Notes under the pieces: generated by a model | The model's input: only the letters and a program-made list of their open reading frames with translations | What the model was told of the DNA's origin: nothing | The model's database searches: none | In this document: piece by piece, positions 29,796 to 40,174 of the stretch | How the letters are laid out: each line of letters begins with the position of its first letter | Numbering within the stretch: the first letter of the stretch is position 1 | NCBI GenBank assembly: GCA_963801355.1 | Contig: CAWDEM010000008.1 | Span: 224,001 to 288,000 of the forward strand | Source: Ignavibacteriota bacterium | GTDB lineage: Bacteria > Bacteroidota > Ignavibacteria > UBA10030 > UBA6906 | Direction of reading: 5' to 3' | DNA: 64,000 nt | Made by a program: the position numbers and the translations under genes

Positions 29796-29936
29796 AATGC
29801 CATGACTGCTCCGCATGCTTTTGCGGGAGATTGACACATCAAAGGCGCTGAGGGGTTGAAATGGACGTGACGTTGGTTTGCGCAAGGCGATGTCGTCTTT
29901 AGGACCGCTGAACATGCGGGCGTCATGGTGTTTTTT
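29796..29936 (+). ncRNA. Candidate rod-like structured RNA ending in a U-tract
   Basis: aatgccatgac-t-gc-t-ccgcatg pairs with catgcgggcgtcatggtgtt; inner stems gcgg/ccgc, gac.acatc/gatgt.c.gtc and gcgc/gcgc; then T6. Confidence 0.45.
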
Positions 29937-29969
29937 CCACGGCCCCAGGACTCACAACCAACCGATCGG

Positions 29970-30641
29970 CTAGTAATGCTCGACGTATTCGGGAGAACTG
30001 TGCAGAGATGCAGTGGTATCGGTGAGGGATGCTGGATACTCGGGCCGCGGAGGCTGAAGGAACGCGGCTGAATTCTCCATGCGGTTGAGTTCTTGGTCGT
30101 GTTGATCAGGGAACGTCACGACGAGCATCGGGCGTATTTGCACGACCGCATTATCCGGAATGTTCTTCTCAACGACCGCGTTTGCGCCGATTTTGACATT
30201 GTTCCCGATCTTGATCCTTCCTGCGATTTTCGCTCCGGGTGCGATATATACATTGTCCCCGAATGAGGGGAAACCCAGGATATTCCTGGCTTTGGAATAG
30301 CCCAGCGTAATTTCGTGTGTGAGGGTGAAATTCTCGCCTGCAACGACTTCCCCTGCGACAAAAATGCCTCCGTAGTGCCAGATATAGAACCCCGGGCCGA
30401 TTTCGGCTTCGGGGCCGATGAAAATCCCCCATTTCGATCGTATGCGGTGCCCCTGCCAGGCGACGAATGGTCGCAATAGCAATCTCACGATAAATGGCTG
30501 TGTTCGCAGCCAGTGGGCCATCCGGTACAAGGCGACAGCCTGAACTCCGGGGCTGCGGAGGCACATGCATATCCGTTTCGCCCTTGAACCCCTGGCGAAG
30601 AGGTAAGCCCTATGGAGATCCTGTTTGATCATTGCACACAT
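29970..30641 (-). CDS. Serine O-acetyltransferase-like hexapeptide-repeat acetyltransferase (EPS-type)
   Basis: YRMAH, GIFIGPEAEIGPG, FGDNVYIAPGAKI, IGNNVKIGANAVV. Confidence 0.8.
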   Translation of the reverse strand: MCAMIKQDLHRAYLFARGSRAKRICMCLRSPGVQAVALYRMAHWLRTQPFIVRLLLRPFVAWQGHRIRSKWGIFIGPEAEIGPGFYIWHYGGIFVAGEVVAGENFTLTHEITLGYSKARNILGFPSFGDNVYIAPGAKIAGRIKIGNNVKIGANAVVEKNIPDNAVVQIRPMLVVTFPDQHDQELNRMENSAAFLQPPRPEYPASLTDTTASLHSSPEYVEHY

Positions 30642-30734
30642 ATGATACGCACTCCGGCATGTGGATTGCTGTGCGCATCGTCACATGGCGCAGAAAAGGC
30701 CTAAAATTGCACACAGGCCAGTGTGGAACTTGGT

Positions 30735-31397
30735 CTACAACAGGTGATCGTTCAGCGCTTTGGCGACCGCGCCGCCGCGGGTATGGACCTGCAGCTTGGC
30801 GTAGATGTTCTTGATATGCGTGTCGATCGTATGATAGCTGAGAATAAGCCGTTCTGCTATCTGTTTCTTTGTGAGGCCGTCGACCATCAATTTGAGAATT
30901 TCCTGCTCCCTCTCTGTGAGGGGGCTCGGGCTGCGCGGACCCGCCAGATGCGTGAACATCGCCAGCATCTTGCGGGCGATCTGGGCATTGATCGGGGCGC
31001 CCCCCCTTAGTACTTCCATCATTGCCCGTTCGATCTCCTCCGGCGGCGAACTCTTCAGGAGGTACCCGGAAGCCCCCGCGCAGAGCGCGTCGAAGATTTT
31101 CTCGTTATCCTCGTGGATTGTCAGGATAATTACGCGGGTCGCGGGTGAGATCTCTCTTACCCTGGTCGTGCCTTCAATACCGTTCATGCCGGGAAGGCCG
31201 AGGTCCATGAGGATCACGTCGGGGGCGGGTTCGGTTTCCAGCGCGCGTAATGCATCCTCGCACCGCGAAAACGCGTGGTCACAGCGAATTCCCTCGACTT
31301 CATGAAGGAGTTCCGAGATCGTCTTACGGTAAAGCGCATCGTCCTCCACAACCCACAGTTCCTTCTCTTCTTCCGGAGGAGCCTTGACCCGCTGCAT
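30735..31397 (-). CDS. NarL/LuxR-family response regulator
   Basis: VVEDD, LMDLGLP, GASGYLLK, LTEREQEIL, HIKNIYAKL. Confidence 0.93.
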   Translation of the reverse strand: MQRVKAPPEEEKELWVVEDDALYRKTISELLHEVEGIRCDHAFSRCEDALRALETEPAPDVILMDLGLPGMNGIEGTTRVREISPATRVIILTIHEDNEKIFDALCAGASGYLLKSSPPEEIERAMMEVLRGGAPINAQIARKMLAMFTHLAGPRSPSPLTEREQEILKLMVDGLTKKQIAERLILSYHTIDTHIKNIYAKLQVHTRGGAVAKALNDHLL

Positions 31398-31486
31398 TTG
31401 ATCCCTCGCTGATTATGGACAATCCCCGGGGAAGGTTAACGCACAGCGGAACTTAATAAGTCTTTTGCTGCAAAACGATACCGCAT

Positions 31487-34400
31487 TCACGGTATTTTTA
31501 CATCCAGGGTCACCTCTGTGCCTTTTCCCGGCGTGCTCCGGATGGCAATGGTCCCTCCAAGCTGCGCCGCCCTTCTTTGCATCGTGGAAAGGCCGTTCCC
31601 GGTGGACGGTTGGGAGGTGTCAAATCCCTTCCCGTCGTCCGAGATCGATATCAGGAACCGCCCCCCATGAACGCTGATGCGGATTGCCACGTGGCCGGCT
31701 GCCGCATGATGCACGATATTGCTGAGGATCTCCTTGTAAATGAGCACGACGTCCCGGCAAAAAGCCATCGGGAGATGTGTCGCCGCAACGCGATCGTCCC
31801 TCTGGAACGTAGAGTCCACTCCGGCGAGGAGCTTGGAGGAAATCCCCTGGAGATGATCGATAATGTTGCCGGTGGTGTCGTGTTCGGGGTTGATGAACCA
31901 GACGATGTCTCTCAAAGCGTCGGATGTCGAGCGAGCTGCTTTGCTGATGTCCAGCAGATGTGCGGCTGCCGCCGGCGGGACGCTCATCCTGTTACGAACG
32001 AGATCTGCGAGTACCGCAATACTCGCGAGGCTGCTGCCGATGTCATCGTGCAGGTCGGAAGCAATGCTGAGTCGCATCCGTTCCACTTTCAAGAGGGAAG
32101 CGACGCGCAACCGGTACGCAATTGTGACGGCGGTGAGCAGGAACAGCACTCCCAGCACCCGGAACCAGAGAGTTTCCCAGAAGGGAGGAGCGATGATAAC
32201 GCGCAGCGACATCCCCGCTTCGTTCCAGATCCGGTCGTTGTTGGATCCGCGGACGCGGAATACATATCGGCCGGGAGCGAGGTCGGTGTAGACAGCCAGC
32301 CTGCGTGTTCCAGCATCCACCCATGACTTGTCGAGACCCTCGAGAGTGTAGGCATATGAGTTGCGTGCGGGCAGCGAATAGTCCAGGGCCGCGTATTCGA
32401 ACGAGAAGAAGTTTTCCGTGTGATTAAGCACTATCTCACCTGTAGCCCACCCGGTGGAGTCCGGCGGAACCGGGGTGTTGAACAAGTTGAATCCGGTAAT
32501 GACGATGGGCGGGACATGGGGATTGAGGGCGATGCGGTGCGGGACGATGGCATTGAAACCGTTGATGCCTCCGAAGTATAGTGTCCCATCGGACCCCCGG
32601 CACGATGCATTGAAGTTGAATTCGTCCGCCTGCAGGCCGTCGTTCCGTGTAAAATTCCGGAATGATCCGCTGTCCGGATCAAAACGCGAAATCCCGTTGT
32701 TCGTGCTCATCCAGAGCTTACCGCTTTCGTCCTCTTGGATTGCGTACACCACATTGTTCGGGAGTCCGTGCTGCACTGTGTAGTGGGTGCATTGCCCGTT
32801 GTGCGGATCCATCCTGTTCAACCCGCCACCGAATGTGCCGACCCAGAGGTTCCCTCGACGATCCTCGAAAATGGTCTGGACGTAGTCATTGCTCAGGCTC
32901 CCCGGATTGCCGGGTGCATGCCTGTACCGGTGAAACGTCCCGGCTCCTGGATCGAAACGTGCCAGGCCACCGCGGGCAGTTCCCACCCATTGCGATCCCG
33001 AGCGATCTCTGAAAATGCATCTGATGTCATTGTCCGGAAGACCGTTCGGGTTTTGCCTGTCATACGCGAACGTGCGGATCACCGTACCTGCCGGGTTCGT
33101 AACGAGGATGCCGGCTATCCATGTGCCCACCCAGAGGTCGCCATTGCGGTCCTGCGCGAGAGAGCTGATATACTCATTCAGACGCCTTGCGTTGTTATCG
33201 GGATCGGTCGTGTAGCGTTGAAACCGTTGATGCTTTCGGTCCAACCGCGCCAGACCCCCGCCGTATGTTCCCACCCATACATCGCCGTGGTTGTCTGTGA
33301 AGAGAGCGGCAACATAGTCGTGGGGCAGGCTGCCGGGATCGTGCGGATCGTGGCGGTAGTGCCGGAATTGTCCGGAGCGCGGGTCGAATTGATTCAAACC
33401 GGCGTCTTCTGTCCCGATCCAGATGAATCCAAGGGAATCCTCGCACATGGCGAAGACCCTTTTACCGTGTAGTCCGCTGCCATCCCTGATATCGCGAGTA
33501 TAGAGAGGGAACTTCTGCACGTAAGGTGAACTGACGCTGAGGCCGTTCGACGTGCCGAACCAGAGGACTCCACCGTCATCCTCGAAAAGTGAAGTGACGA
33601 CATCGTCGGAGAGGGAGTTGGAGACAAAAGGTGAATAGCGGTACCGGATAAACCGGCGTGTCGCGCTGTCGAAACGTGCAGCACCTGCTCCCATTGTCCC
33701 GACCCAGAGGCTGCCTCTTGCGGTCGCGGAAGAGCGAGCGGACGATGTCGCCCGGGAGCGATGTTGAATCGCGAGGGTCCGTGCGAAAATGCTCGAATGT
33801 CGAACGGGAGCGGTGAAAGAGGTTCAGCCCGCCGCCCCAGGTTCCAACCCACAGATCCCCGTTGTCCGCCTCCGAAAGACCGGTAATTCTGTCGTCGGAG
33901 ATTGACGCGTCGTCGCCGGCCTTGTGCCGGAAGTCCCTGACGGTTCCACGGCGCGGGTCGTAGCTGAGGAGCCCGGCGGAGTACGTGCCGATCCAGATGA
34001 TACCGTCCCGGTCAGTCACCGCGCAGAACAGCGCAGTGCGCCGCGGCATGGGGAGGGTGCTGAACAGTTCCGGCACTCTGATGAAGCGGCGCGTGGTGCG
34101 GTCGAAGCGGTTCATGCCGCCCCCCGCCGTGCATGCCCAGAGCGTTCCCAGGGAGTCTTCCAGCACCGCCGTCACGCGATCGTGACTGATTGTCGTAGTG
34201 TCCGTCGGGTCGTGCCGGTAACGGGTGAAGGAATTGCGGATAGGGTCGAAACAGTTGATGCCACCGCCCCAGGTGCCGATCCAGAGCAGACCGTCACGGT
34301 CTTCGTGTAGTGACCAGATGTAGCTGCTTGAGAGGGAATTGGAATCGAGCGGATCGTATCGATAGGTAACAAAGGAGTATCCGTCGTACCGGTTCAGCCC

Positions 34401-34601
34401 ATCTTCAGTGCCGAACCACATAAACCCCCGGCGATCCTGTGCCATGCAGAGAACTACACTTTGCGAGAGGCCATCATCTGTTGATATGCGCCGGAAGACG
34501 TGACCGGGCCCGGGCACCTGACCATATCCAGGATTGGAAAGCAGCGGTGCCAGGACAAAGAAAGCCAAAAGTATTTCCCGCAGTGGAGTCGTGTGCAACA
34601 T
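31487..34601 (-). pseudogene. Reg_prop beta-propeller + Y_Y_Y + HisKA_3 sensor kinase split by a one-base frameshift near 33716-33720
   Basis: GLSQS, repeated D..G.LW.GT..GL, YAYTLEG, PPFWETLWF, DLHDDIG, DDGKG; reads RDRK-(extra A)-GSLWVGT across the break. Confidence 0.85.
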
Positions 34602-34702
34602 GCAAAAAAGATAGTGGTACGCGACGGAAATGTCAAACGCATACCTGCTATTTTCAAAAGTTTTTGATACCTTAACACTATGCATATTATCCGGAGGACG
34701 CC

Positions 34703-35536
34703 ATGTTTCGACATGTGATCGGTATGGGACTTCTGGTGCTGCTTGCTGGTTCCACCGTCTTCACTCAGGTGGAAAAGGATGTGAAGGGGAGCCTGGATCA
34801 TCCTCTGTTCACGCGAATGCCGGGATACTACATTTCCAACTACGAGGTCAAAGACTTCGACGCTATCACATCCGCATACCTGACCGGCCCGGATGCAACC
34901 TGGGAGGGGAAGGTGACCAAGATAGAGTACTACATCAAGAGTGGCGCCCACCAGCCGAGCATGCTGCAGATTGCCCGCAACTACGAAAGCGCGGCGAAAA
35001 AGATCGGCGCCGAGATCCTCGGAACTGAAGATCGTTTCGTGGATGCAAAGTTGCGGAAGGGCGGAGCGACCACATACGCCCACGTCGAGGCATTCAATGA
35101 CGGCAGGAACTACGAGGTGACGATTGTCGAGACGAAACCGATGAAGCAGGATGTTGTCGCGGATGCTGCTGCGTTGAGCGCCGGCATAGCCGCAACAGGC
35201 AAAGCGGCGATATACGGCATTTACTTCGACACAGGGAAGTCGGTTGTGAAACCCGAATCGAACCCTTCTCTGGAAGAAATCACGAAGCTTCTGAAGCAGC
35301 AGACGGCACTCGTGCTCTATGTTGTAGGACATACTGACAATGCTGGAGCACTGGACTATAATCTGAAGTTGTCGGCGGATCGTGCCGATGCCGTGGTAAA
35401 AGCGCTAATCGGCCGGGGCATTGCTGCATCGCGCCTGAAGGCGGCGGGTGTCGGGCCGTATTGCCCTGTGGCATCAAACCGGACTGAGGATGGCAAGGCA
35501 AAAAACCGGCGCGTGGAGCTTGTAGAGCAAAAATAG
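34703..35536 (+). CDS. OmpA-family peptidoglycan-binding periplasmic protein
   Basis: DHPLFTRMPG N-terminal domain, IYFDTGK, GHTD, LSADRA, NRRVEL. Confidence 0.9.
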   Translation: MFRHVIGMGLLVLLAGSTVFTQVEKDVKGSLDHPLFTRMPGYYISNYEVKDFDAITSAYLTGPDATWEGKVTKIEYYIKSGAHQPSMLQIARNYESAAKKIGAEILGTEDRFVDAKLRKGGATTYAHVEAFNDGRNYEVTIVETKPMKQDVVADAAALSAGIAATGKAAIYGIYFDTGKSVVKPESNPSLEEITKLLKQQTALVLYVVGHTDNAGALDYNLKLSADRADAVVKALIGRGIAASRLKAAGVGPYCPVASNRTEDGKAKNRRVELVEQK

Positions 35537-35550
35537 GGCTGGCATTCATC

Positions 35551-36447
35551 ATGGCAGGCAGAAAACAGAAAAGCGGATTCGCTCTGGTCCTGGGAGGAGG
35601 TGGGGCCAGGGGTCTTGCGCACATCGGCGTTCTCAAAGTGCTGGAGAGGGAAGGGCTTACCCCGGAGTACATTGTTGGAACGAGCATGGGGGCAATTGTT
35701 GGGGGGATGTACGCCCAGCAGCCCAGCGCGAAGGCGGTGGAGGAGCGCATCAAGCGCCTGATTCAGAGTCGGCCATTCCGGAGAATCGTCATGGATGGGT
35801 TCGCACATGAGCCTGCTCCCGATGGCGTCGGGACAACGTCCGTACTCTACGGCCGGGTGAAGCGGGGATACGGCATGTTTAAGTCCGCCTGGTCGACGGG
35901 GATCGTGGATTCCACCGTTCTCCTGGATTTCCTATCCCACCTTATTGACGATGTGAGGATCGAAGAGTGTGAAATCCCCTTCGCGGCAGTGGCCTGTGAT
36001 ATCTATGCGGGAGAAGAAGTGATCTGCAAGACCGGGTCAATGCTAAAATCCATCGCTGCGAGTTCTGCGATACCGGGAATCATCTCACCGATCAGCCTCA
36101 ACGGGCGTACGCTGGTGGATGGCGCTCCGACGAGCACCGTTCCTGTTCTTGCCACGCGGAGTCTCTCGGCCTTTCCGCGGGTTGCCGTGGATGTCACAAA
36201 AAGCGTCGCCAGATCAAAGCCTGTGCGGAATGCGATCGATGTCATGTTGCGTGCAGGTGTGATCTCCAGGATGCAGGTGACCCGCCACAATCTGGAACAG
36301 GCGGCAGTTGTTCTCTGGCCAAAAGTGGGCAATTACGGATGGGCGGATTTTTCTGCGTGCGATCAATTCATTGCGGAGGGGGAACGTGCCGCAAGAACTG
36401 CAATACGCAAGATCCGTTCTGCCATGAAGTCCGGGCTAAAAGTCTGA
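35551..36447 (+). CDS. Patatin-like phospholipase
   Basis: GGGARG, GTSMG, SSAIPG, LVDGA. Confidence 0.9.
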   Translation: MAGRKQKSGFALVLGGGGARGLAHIGVLKVLEREGLTPEYIVGTSMGAIVGGMYAQQPSAKAVEERIKRLIQSRPFRRIVMDGFAHEPAPDGVGTTSVLYGRVKRGYGMFKSAWSTGIVDSTVLLDFLSHLIDDVRIEECEIPFAAVACDIYAGEEVICKTGSMLKSIAASSAIPGIISPISLNGRTLVDGAPTSTVPVLATRSLSAFPRVAVDVTKSVARSKPVRNAIDVMLRAGVISRMQVTRHNLEQAAVVLWPKVGNYGWADFSACDQFIAEGERAARTAIRKIRSAMKSGLKV

Positions 36448-36500
36448 GTTTTTCCTCAGGCTTTTTGCTCTGACTTTTTTGCCTGACTTTAAAGTCAGGC
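36438..36500 (+). terminator. Terminator-like hairpin over the patatin stop plus a perfect 20-bp palindrome
   Basis: aaagtctgag/ctcaggcttt hairpin; gcctgactttaaagtcaggc at 36481-36500. Confidence 0.55.
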
Positions 36501-36558
36501 GTTGAAACCTCTTTGAAACCTGTGCCGCTCCCTAAATTCTTACCGCGGAGAAAACCCC

Positions 36559-39500
36559 ATGCGTTTGATACTCACTTCAGCATCAGCGGTGCTCATGAGT
36601 ATTCTGCTGTTGCCCTTCGCACAAGCTCAGATTGCCAGCACCTTTCCAAAACCAACGACCTTCTACGTTTCCCCCAGGGGCAACGACGCTTCGACCGGGA
36701 CTCTGCAAAAACCATTCAGATCCCTTGAAGGCGCACGGAATGCAGTCCGCTCGATCAAAAGGACGGAAGGGGGACTCCGCGCTCCGGTGACTATCATCCT
36801 GCGCGGCGGGACGTACCGGCTGTCCGTACCCTTCGTCCTCCAGCCTGGAGATGGTGGAACCGCTCAATATCCCGTCACCTATGCCGCGTACCCCGGAGAG
36901 GCCCCGGTGCTCAGCGGGGGAGTTGCCATTGGAGAGTGGCGCCGGGGGAGCCTGAACGGAAGAAGTGTGTTGACCGCCCGGATCGGCAAGATCCCGGTTG
37001 AAGGCCGGCGGCTCCGGCAATTCTGGGTCAACGATGTCCGGCGTCCGCAATCGCGGTATCCCGACAAGGGCTACCTGCGTGTTGCCGCCGCCCCGGAAGT
37101 CACTGCGTCGACACTCTGGAACGAAGGGCAATGGTCATTCACCGTTGAACCCAACGCCATCCCGGACTGGCGCTTGCTTGAAGGTTCGGAGTGCGTGTTG
37201 ATGAATCGGTGGACGGAATCCCACCTTCCGGTGACAGGCTGGAACCGCGATTCATCCACGCTGCGTTTCGGACTCCGGACCGTTTTCCGCACTGAGCCGC
37301 AGGATCCCTACTACCTACTCAATGTTGCTGAGGGAATGGACACACCTGGGGAATGGTTCTGGGACGGAGCGGATGAGTCCATTCACTATCTCCCGCTGCC
37401 GGGCGAGGATTCCAGGACAATGACAGCGGTCATTCCCCGTCTTTCGAGACTACTCGTGATTCAGGGACGGCCGGAATCCGGTGAGTATGTGGAACACCTC
37501 GTGTTCCGCGGAATCACTTTTTCGCATACGGAATGGGGGATTGATGGTACTGTCGAGGGAGACCTGCTCACGCTGCGTTCGGGTGGCTTTGGCCAGGCTG
37601 CCATAGGGCTGCCGGCGGCGATTGAAGCGGAAGGAATGCGACATGGAGTCTTTGATGGATGCACAGTGACACATGCCGGGACTTATGGAATGTTCCTCCG
37701 GCGTGGATCGCGTTTCGTGACGGTGAAAGGATGTACGTTTAATGACCTGGGGGGGGGTGGCATCAAGCTCGGTGAAACGAAGATACCCGCGGACACCGCG
37801 CAGTTCACATCCCACAACACGATTCTGGATTGCACCATCGCAAACGCCGGCCTGGTTTTCCACAGTGCCGTCGGCATCTGGGTCGGGCAGAGCCCCGCAA
37901 ACCGCATCATTCACAATGAGATCTGCAATCTCTACTACAGTGGCATCTCCCTCGGGTGGACCTGGGGCTACGGGCCTTCAATTGCCGGGAACACGCTTGT
38001 CGCCCTCAACCACATCCATCACATCGGTGTACGAACCGACGGCGACGGGTACATCCTTGCCGACATGGGGGGCATCTACACTGTAGGCGCCCGGTGGCAA
38101 ACGATGATTCGCCGGAACGTCTTCCACGATATCGGTGCCCGCCTGTACGGCGGATGGGGTATCTACTATGACGAGGGCACGACGGGCACGATCTCCGAAG
38201 AGAACGTCATCTATCGCACATCCCACGAAGGGTTCCACCAGCACTACGGCAAGGAGAATGTCTTCAGGAATAACATCATCGCCTATGGCACCGGGTATCA
38301 GGTACGGACCAGCCGTGCAGAACCGCACACGAGCTATGCTTTTGAGCAGAACATCGTTACATGGGACGGCGGGCCCATGTTCGCGGAAAGAGATTCCGGG
38401 ACGTCCGAGCTCTTTGATCACAATCTCTACTGGTGTGCCGGCGGAACACCGCTGATGATGGACACATTGTCAATGGAGAAGTGGAGGGCCATGGGGAGAG
38501 ACAGGCATTCGCTCGTGGCCGACCCGCTGTTCGCAGACCCGAGGAACGGCGATTTTTCGTTTCCGCCAAACTCGCCTGCGCGGACGCTGGGCATCAAACC
38601 GCCGCGCACTTCACGTGCACTTGATCGTGCGCCTCTCACTTCGGGCGAGCTCGCAGAATTGTCAAGGCCTGTGCTTCCCGGGACGCTGCTGTACAACAAC
38701 GATGGCTCCAACATACTCATGTCGTGCGACACGCTGACGCTCGAAGCGGCATACAAGCGGATTGATGCTCTCGCGGGCCGGGGCATCTCCAGGTTCATTC
38801 ACAATGTGAATCCCGGCCAGAACATGGGCTATCCGAGTGCCGTAGCGCCCATGTTTCACTGGGAGCGCAAGGAGAATAGCCCCCCCGAATCGTGGGACGT
38901 CTACGGCGTGCGAATGAACAACAACCTCCGGCAGCTGGTCAGCGATAGCATTGATCCGGTCGGCATGGTCATGCAACGTGCCTGGTTCCGAGGTATGGGT
39001 GCATTCCTGTCATTCCGTATGAACGAACTCCATGATGTGGACAAACCTGCAAGTCCGCTGTTAAGTCCTTTCTGGAAGGAACATCCGGAGTACAGGGTCG
39101 GCGGCTATCCCGGCTGGGGTGCGTACGCGCTCAACTATTCGATCCCGGAAGTCCGCGAGTACTGTTTCGCCATCTTGCGGGAAGTCTGCGAGCGGTACGA
39201 TCCTGACGGGCTCGAACTGGATTTCATGCGGTTTCCATACTACTTCCCTCCGCGGCAGGATTCACTGCAGGTGTACACGTCAATCATGACGGAGTTCATG
39301 CAAACGGTCAGGGATATGACCCGGGAGATCGGCGGGAGGCGCGGCAGACCTTTCCTGCTGGCCGCGAGGGTGCCGACTGCACTTTCAGCGTGTGCGTATA
39401 TCGGTCTGGACCCTGCGGGCTGGTCTGCAAGGGGGCTGATCGATCTCCTCACGATTGCGCCATTCCTCTCCACACAGCCCGAGATGCCCGTGGAGGAATT

Positions 39501-40128
39501 CCGCCGCGCGTGTGGCGCCATACCCCTGTATGCGGGGCTTGAGTATACCATGGGCACAAGAGGGATGACGCGCGAGCAGAAACGGGCGTCTGCGGCATTG
39601 TTGTACGCTGCCGGGGCAGATGGCATCTATCTCTTCAACTATTTCGTACAGTGGGACGCCGGACTGCAGGTGGACACGGAGGTATTGCCGGAGCTGGCGG
39701 ATCGCGAGCTTCTCTCGCGGAAGGACAAGCTGTACACGATTGCACCCACCCGCCATCCGATCCCGATGGTGACGCCGGCTTCTCCCATGCCTCTGGTCGT
39801 GCCGAAAATGGAGACCCGCACCGTGATATTTCGTACGGCTGAAGAGCAGCATCCGCATTCGGTGACATTGAGAGTCGAATGCAAGGAAGACCTTGCCCCC
39901 GAAGAGCTGAAGGTCTGGCTGAATGTCGTCGAGCTGGGGAAGGGTATCCACCCGCTTGAGCCCATGCTCTTTCCCCAGCCGGTGGATTTCAAGCCTGTCC
40001 CCGGGACGCGTGTGCTTCAATTTCGTGTCGACCCGTCACTGCTCAAGGAAGCCAATTCGCTGACGTTCTCCGTCACGCGGGAAGTGCAGATCGAGTACAT
40101 TGATATTGCGGTGAGACATGAAGATTGA
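36559..40128 (+). CDS. Secreted right-handed beta-helix protein (GH141-like) fused to a putative glycoside hydrolase TIM barrel
   Basis: FYVSPRGND..GT..KPF, LRGGTY, DMGGIY, GWGIYYDEG; second module YNNDG, SFRMNE, DGLELDFMR, DGIYLFNY. Confidence 0.75.
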   Translation: MRLILTSASAVLMSILLLPFAQAQIASTFPKPTTFYVSPRGNDASTGTLQKPFRSLEGARNAVRSIKRTEGGLRAPVTIILRGGTYRLSVPFVLQPGDGGTAQYPVTYAAYPGEAPVLSGGVAIGEWRRGSLNGRSVLTARIGKIPVEGRRLRQFWVNDVRRPQSRYPDKGYLRVAAAPEVTASTLWNEGQWSFTVEPNAIPDWRLLEGSECVLMNRWTESHLPVTGWNRDSSTLRFGLRTVFRTEPQDPYYLLNVAEGMDTPGEWFWDGADESIHYLPLPGEDSRTMTAVIPRLSRLLVIQGRPESGEYVEHLVFRGITFSHTEWGIDGTVEGDLLTLRSGGFGQAAIGLPAAIEAEGMRHGVFDGCTVTHAGTYGMFLRRGSRFVTVKGCTFNDLGGGGIKLGETKIPADTAQFTSHNTILDCTIANAGLVFHSAVGIWVGQSPANRIIHNEICNLYYSGISLGWTWGYGPSIAGNTLVALNHIHHIGVRTDGDGYILADMGGIYTVGARWQTMIRRNVFHDIGARLYGGWGIYYDEGTTGTISEENVIYRTSHEGFHQHYGKENVFRNNIIAYGTGYQVRTSRAEPHTSYAFEQNIVTWDGGPMFAERDSGTSELFDHNLYWCAGGTPLMMDTLSMEKWRAMGRDRHSLVADPLFADPRNGDFSFPPNSPARTLGIKPPRTSRALDRAPLTSGELAELSRPVLPGTLLYNNDGSNILMSCDTLTLEAAYKRIDALAGRGISRFIHNVNPGQNMGYPSAVAPMFHWERKENSPPESWDVYGVRMNNNLRQLVSDSIDPVGMVMQRAWFRGMGAFLSFRMNELHDVDKPASPLLSPFWKEHPEYRVGGYPGWGAYALNYSIPEVREYCFAILREVCERYDPDGLELDFMRFPYYFPPRQDSLQVYTSIMTEFMQTVRDMTREIGGRRGRPFLLAARVPTALSACAYIGLDPAGWSARGLIDLLTIAPFLSTQPEMPVEEFRRACGAIPLYAGLEYTMGTRGMTREQKRASAALLYAAGADGIYLFNYFVQWDAGLQVDTEVLPELADRELLSRKDKLYTIAPTRHPIPMVTPASPMPLVVPKMETRTVIFRTAEEQHPHSVTLRVECKEDLAPEELKVWLNVVELGKGIHPLEPMLFPQPVDFKPVPGTRVLQFRVDPSLLKEANSLTFSVTREVQIEYIDIAVRHED

Positions 40129-40174
40129 CTTTGTCGATTGTTTTCTCCTTACTTAAGGTGATTTAAAGGGCGCG

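Noticed and set aside
29845-29925. Hammerhead (CUGA...GAAA) or fluoride-riboswitch (GGCGAUG) reading of the rod RNA
   Set aside because: CUGAGGG does not match CUGANGA and stem II is missing; fluoride pseudoknot residues are absent and there is no downstream gene
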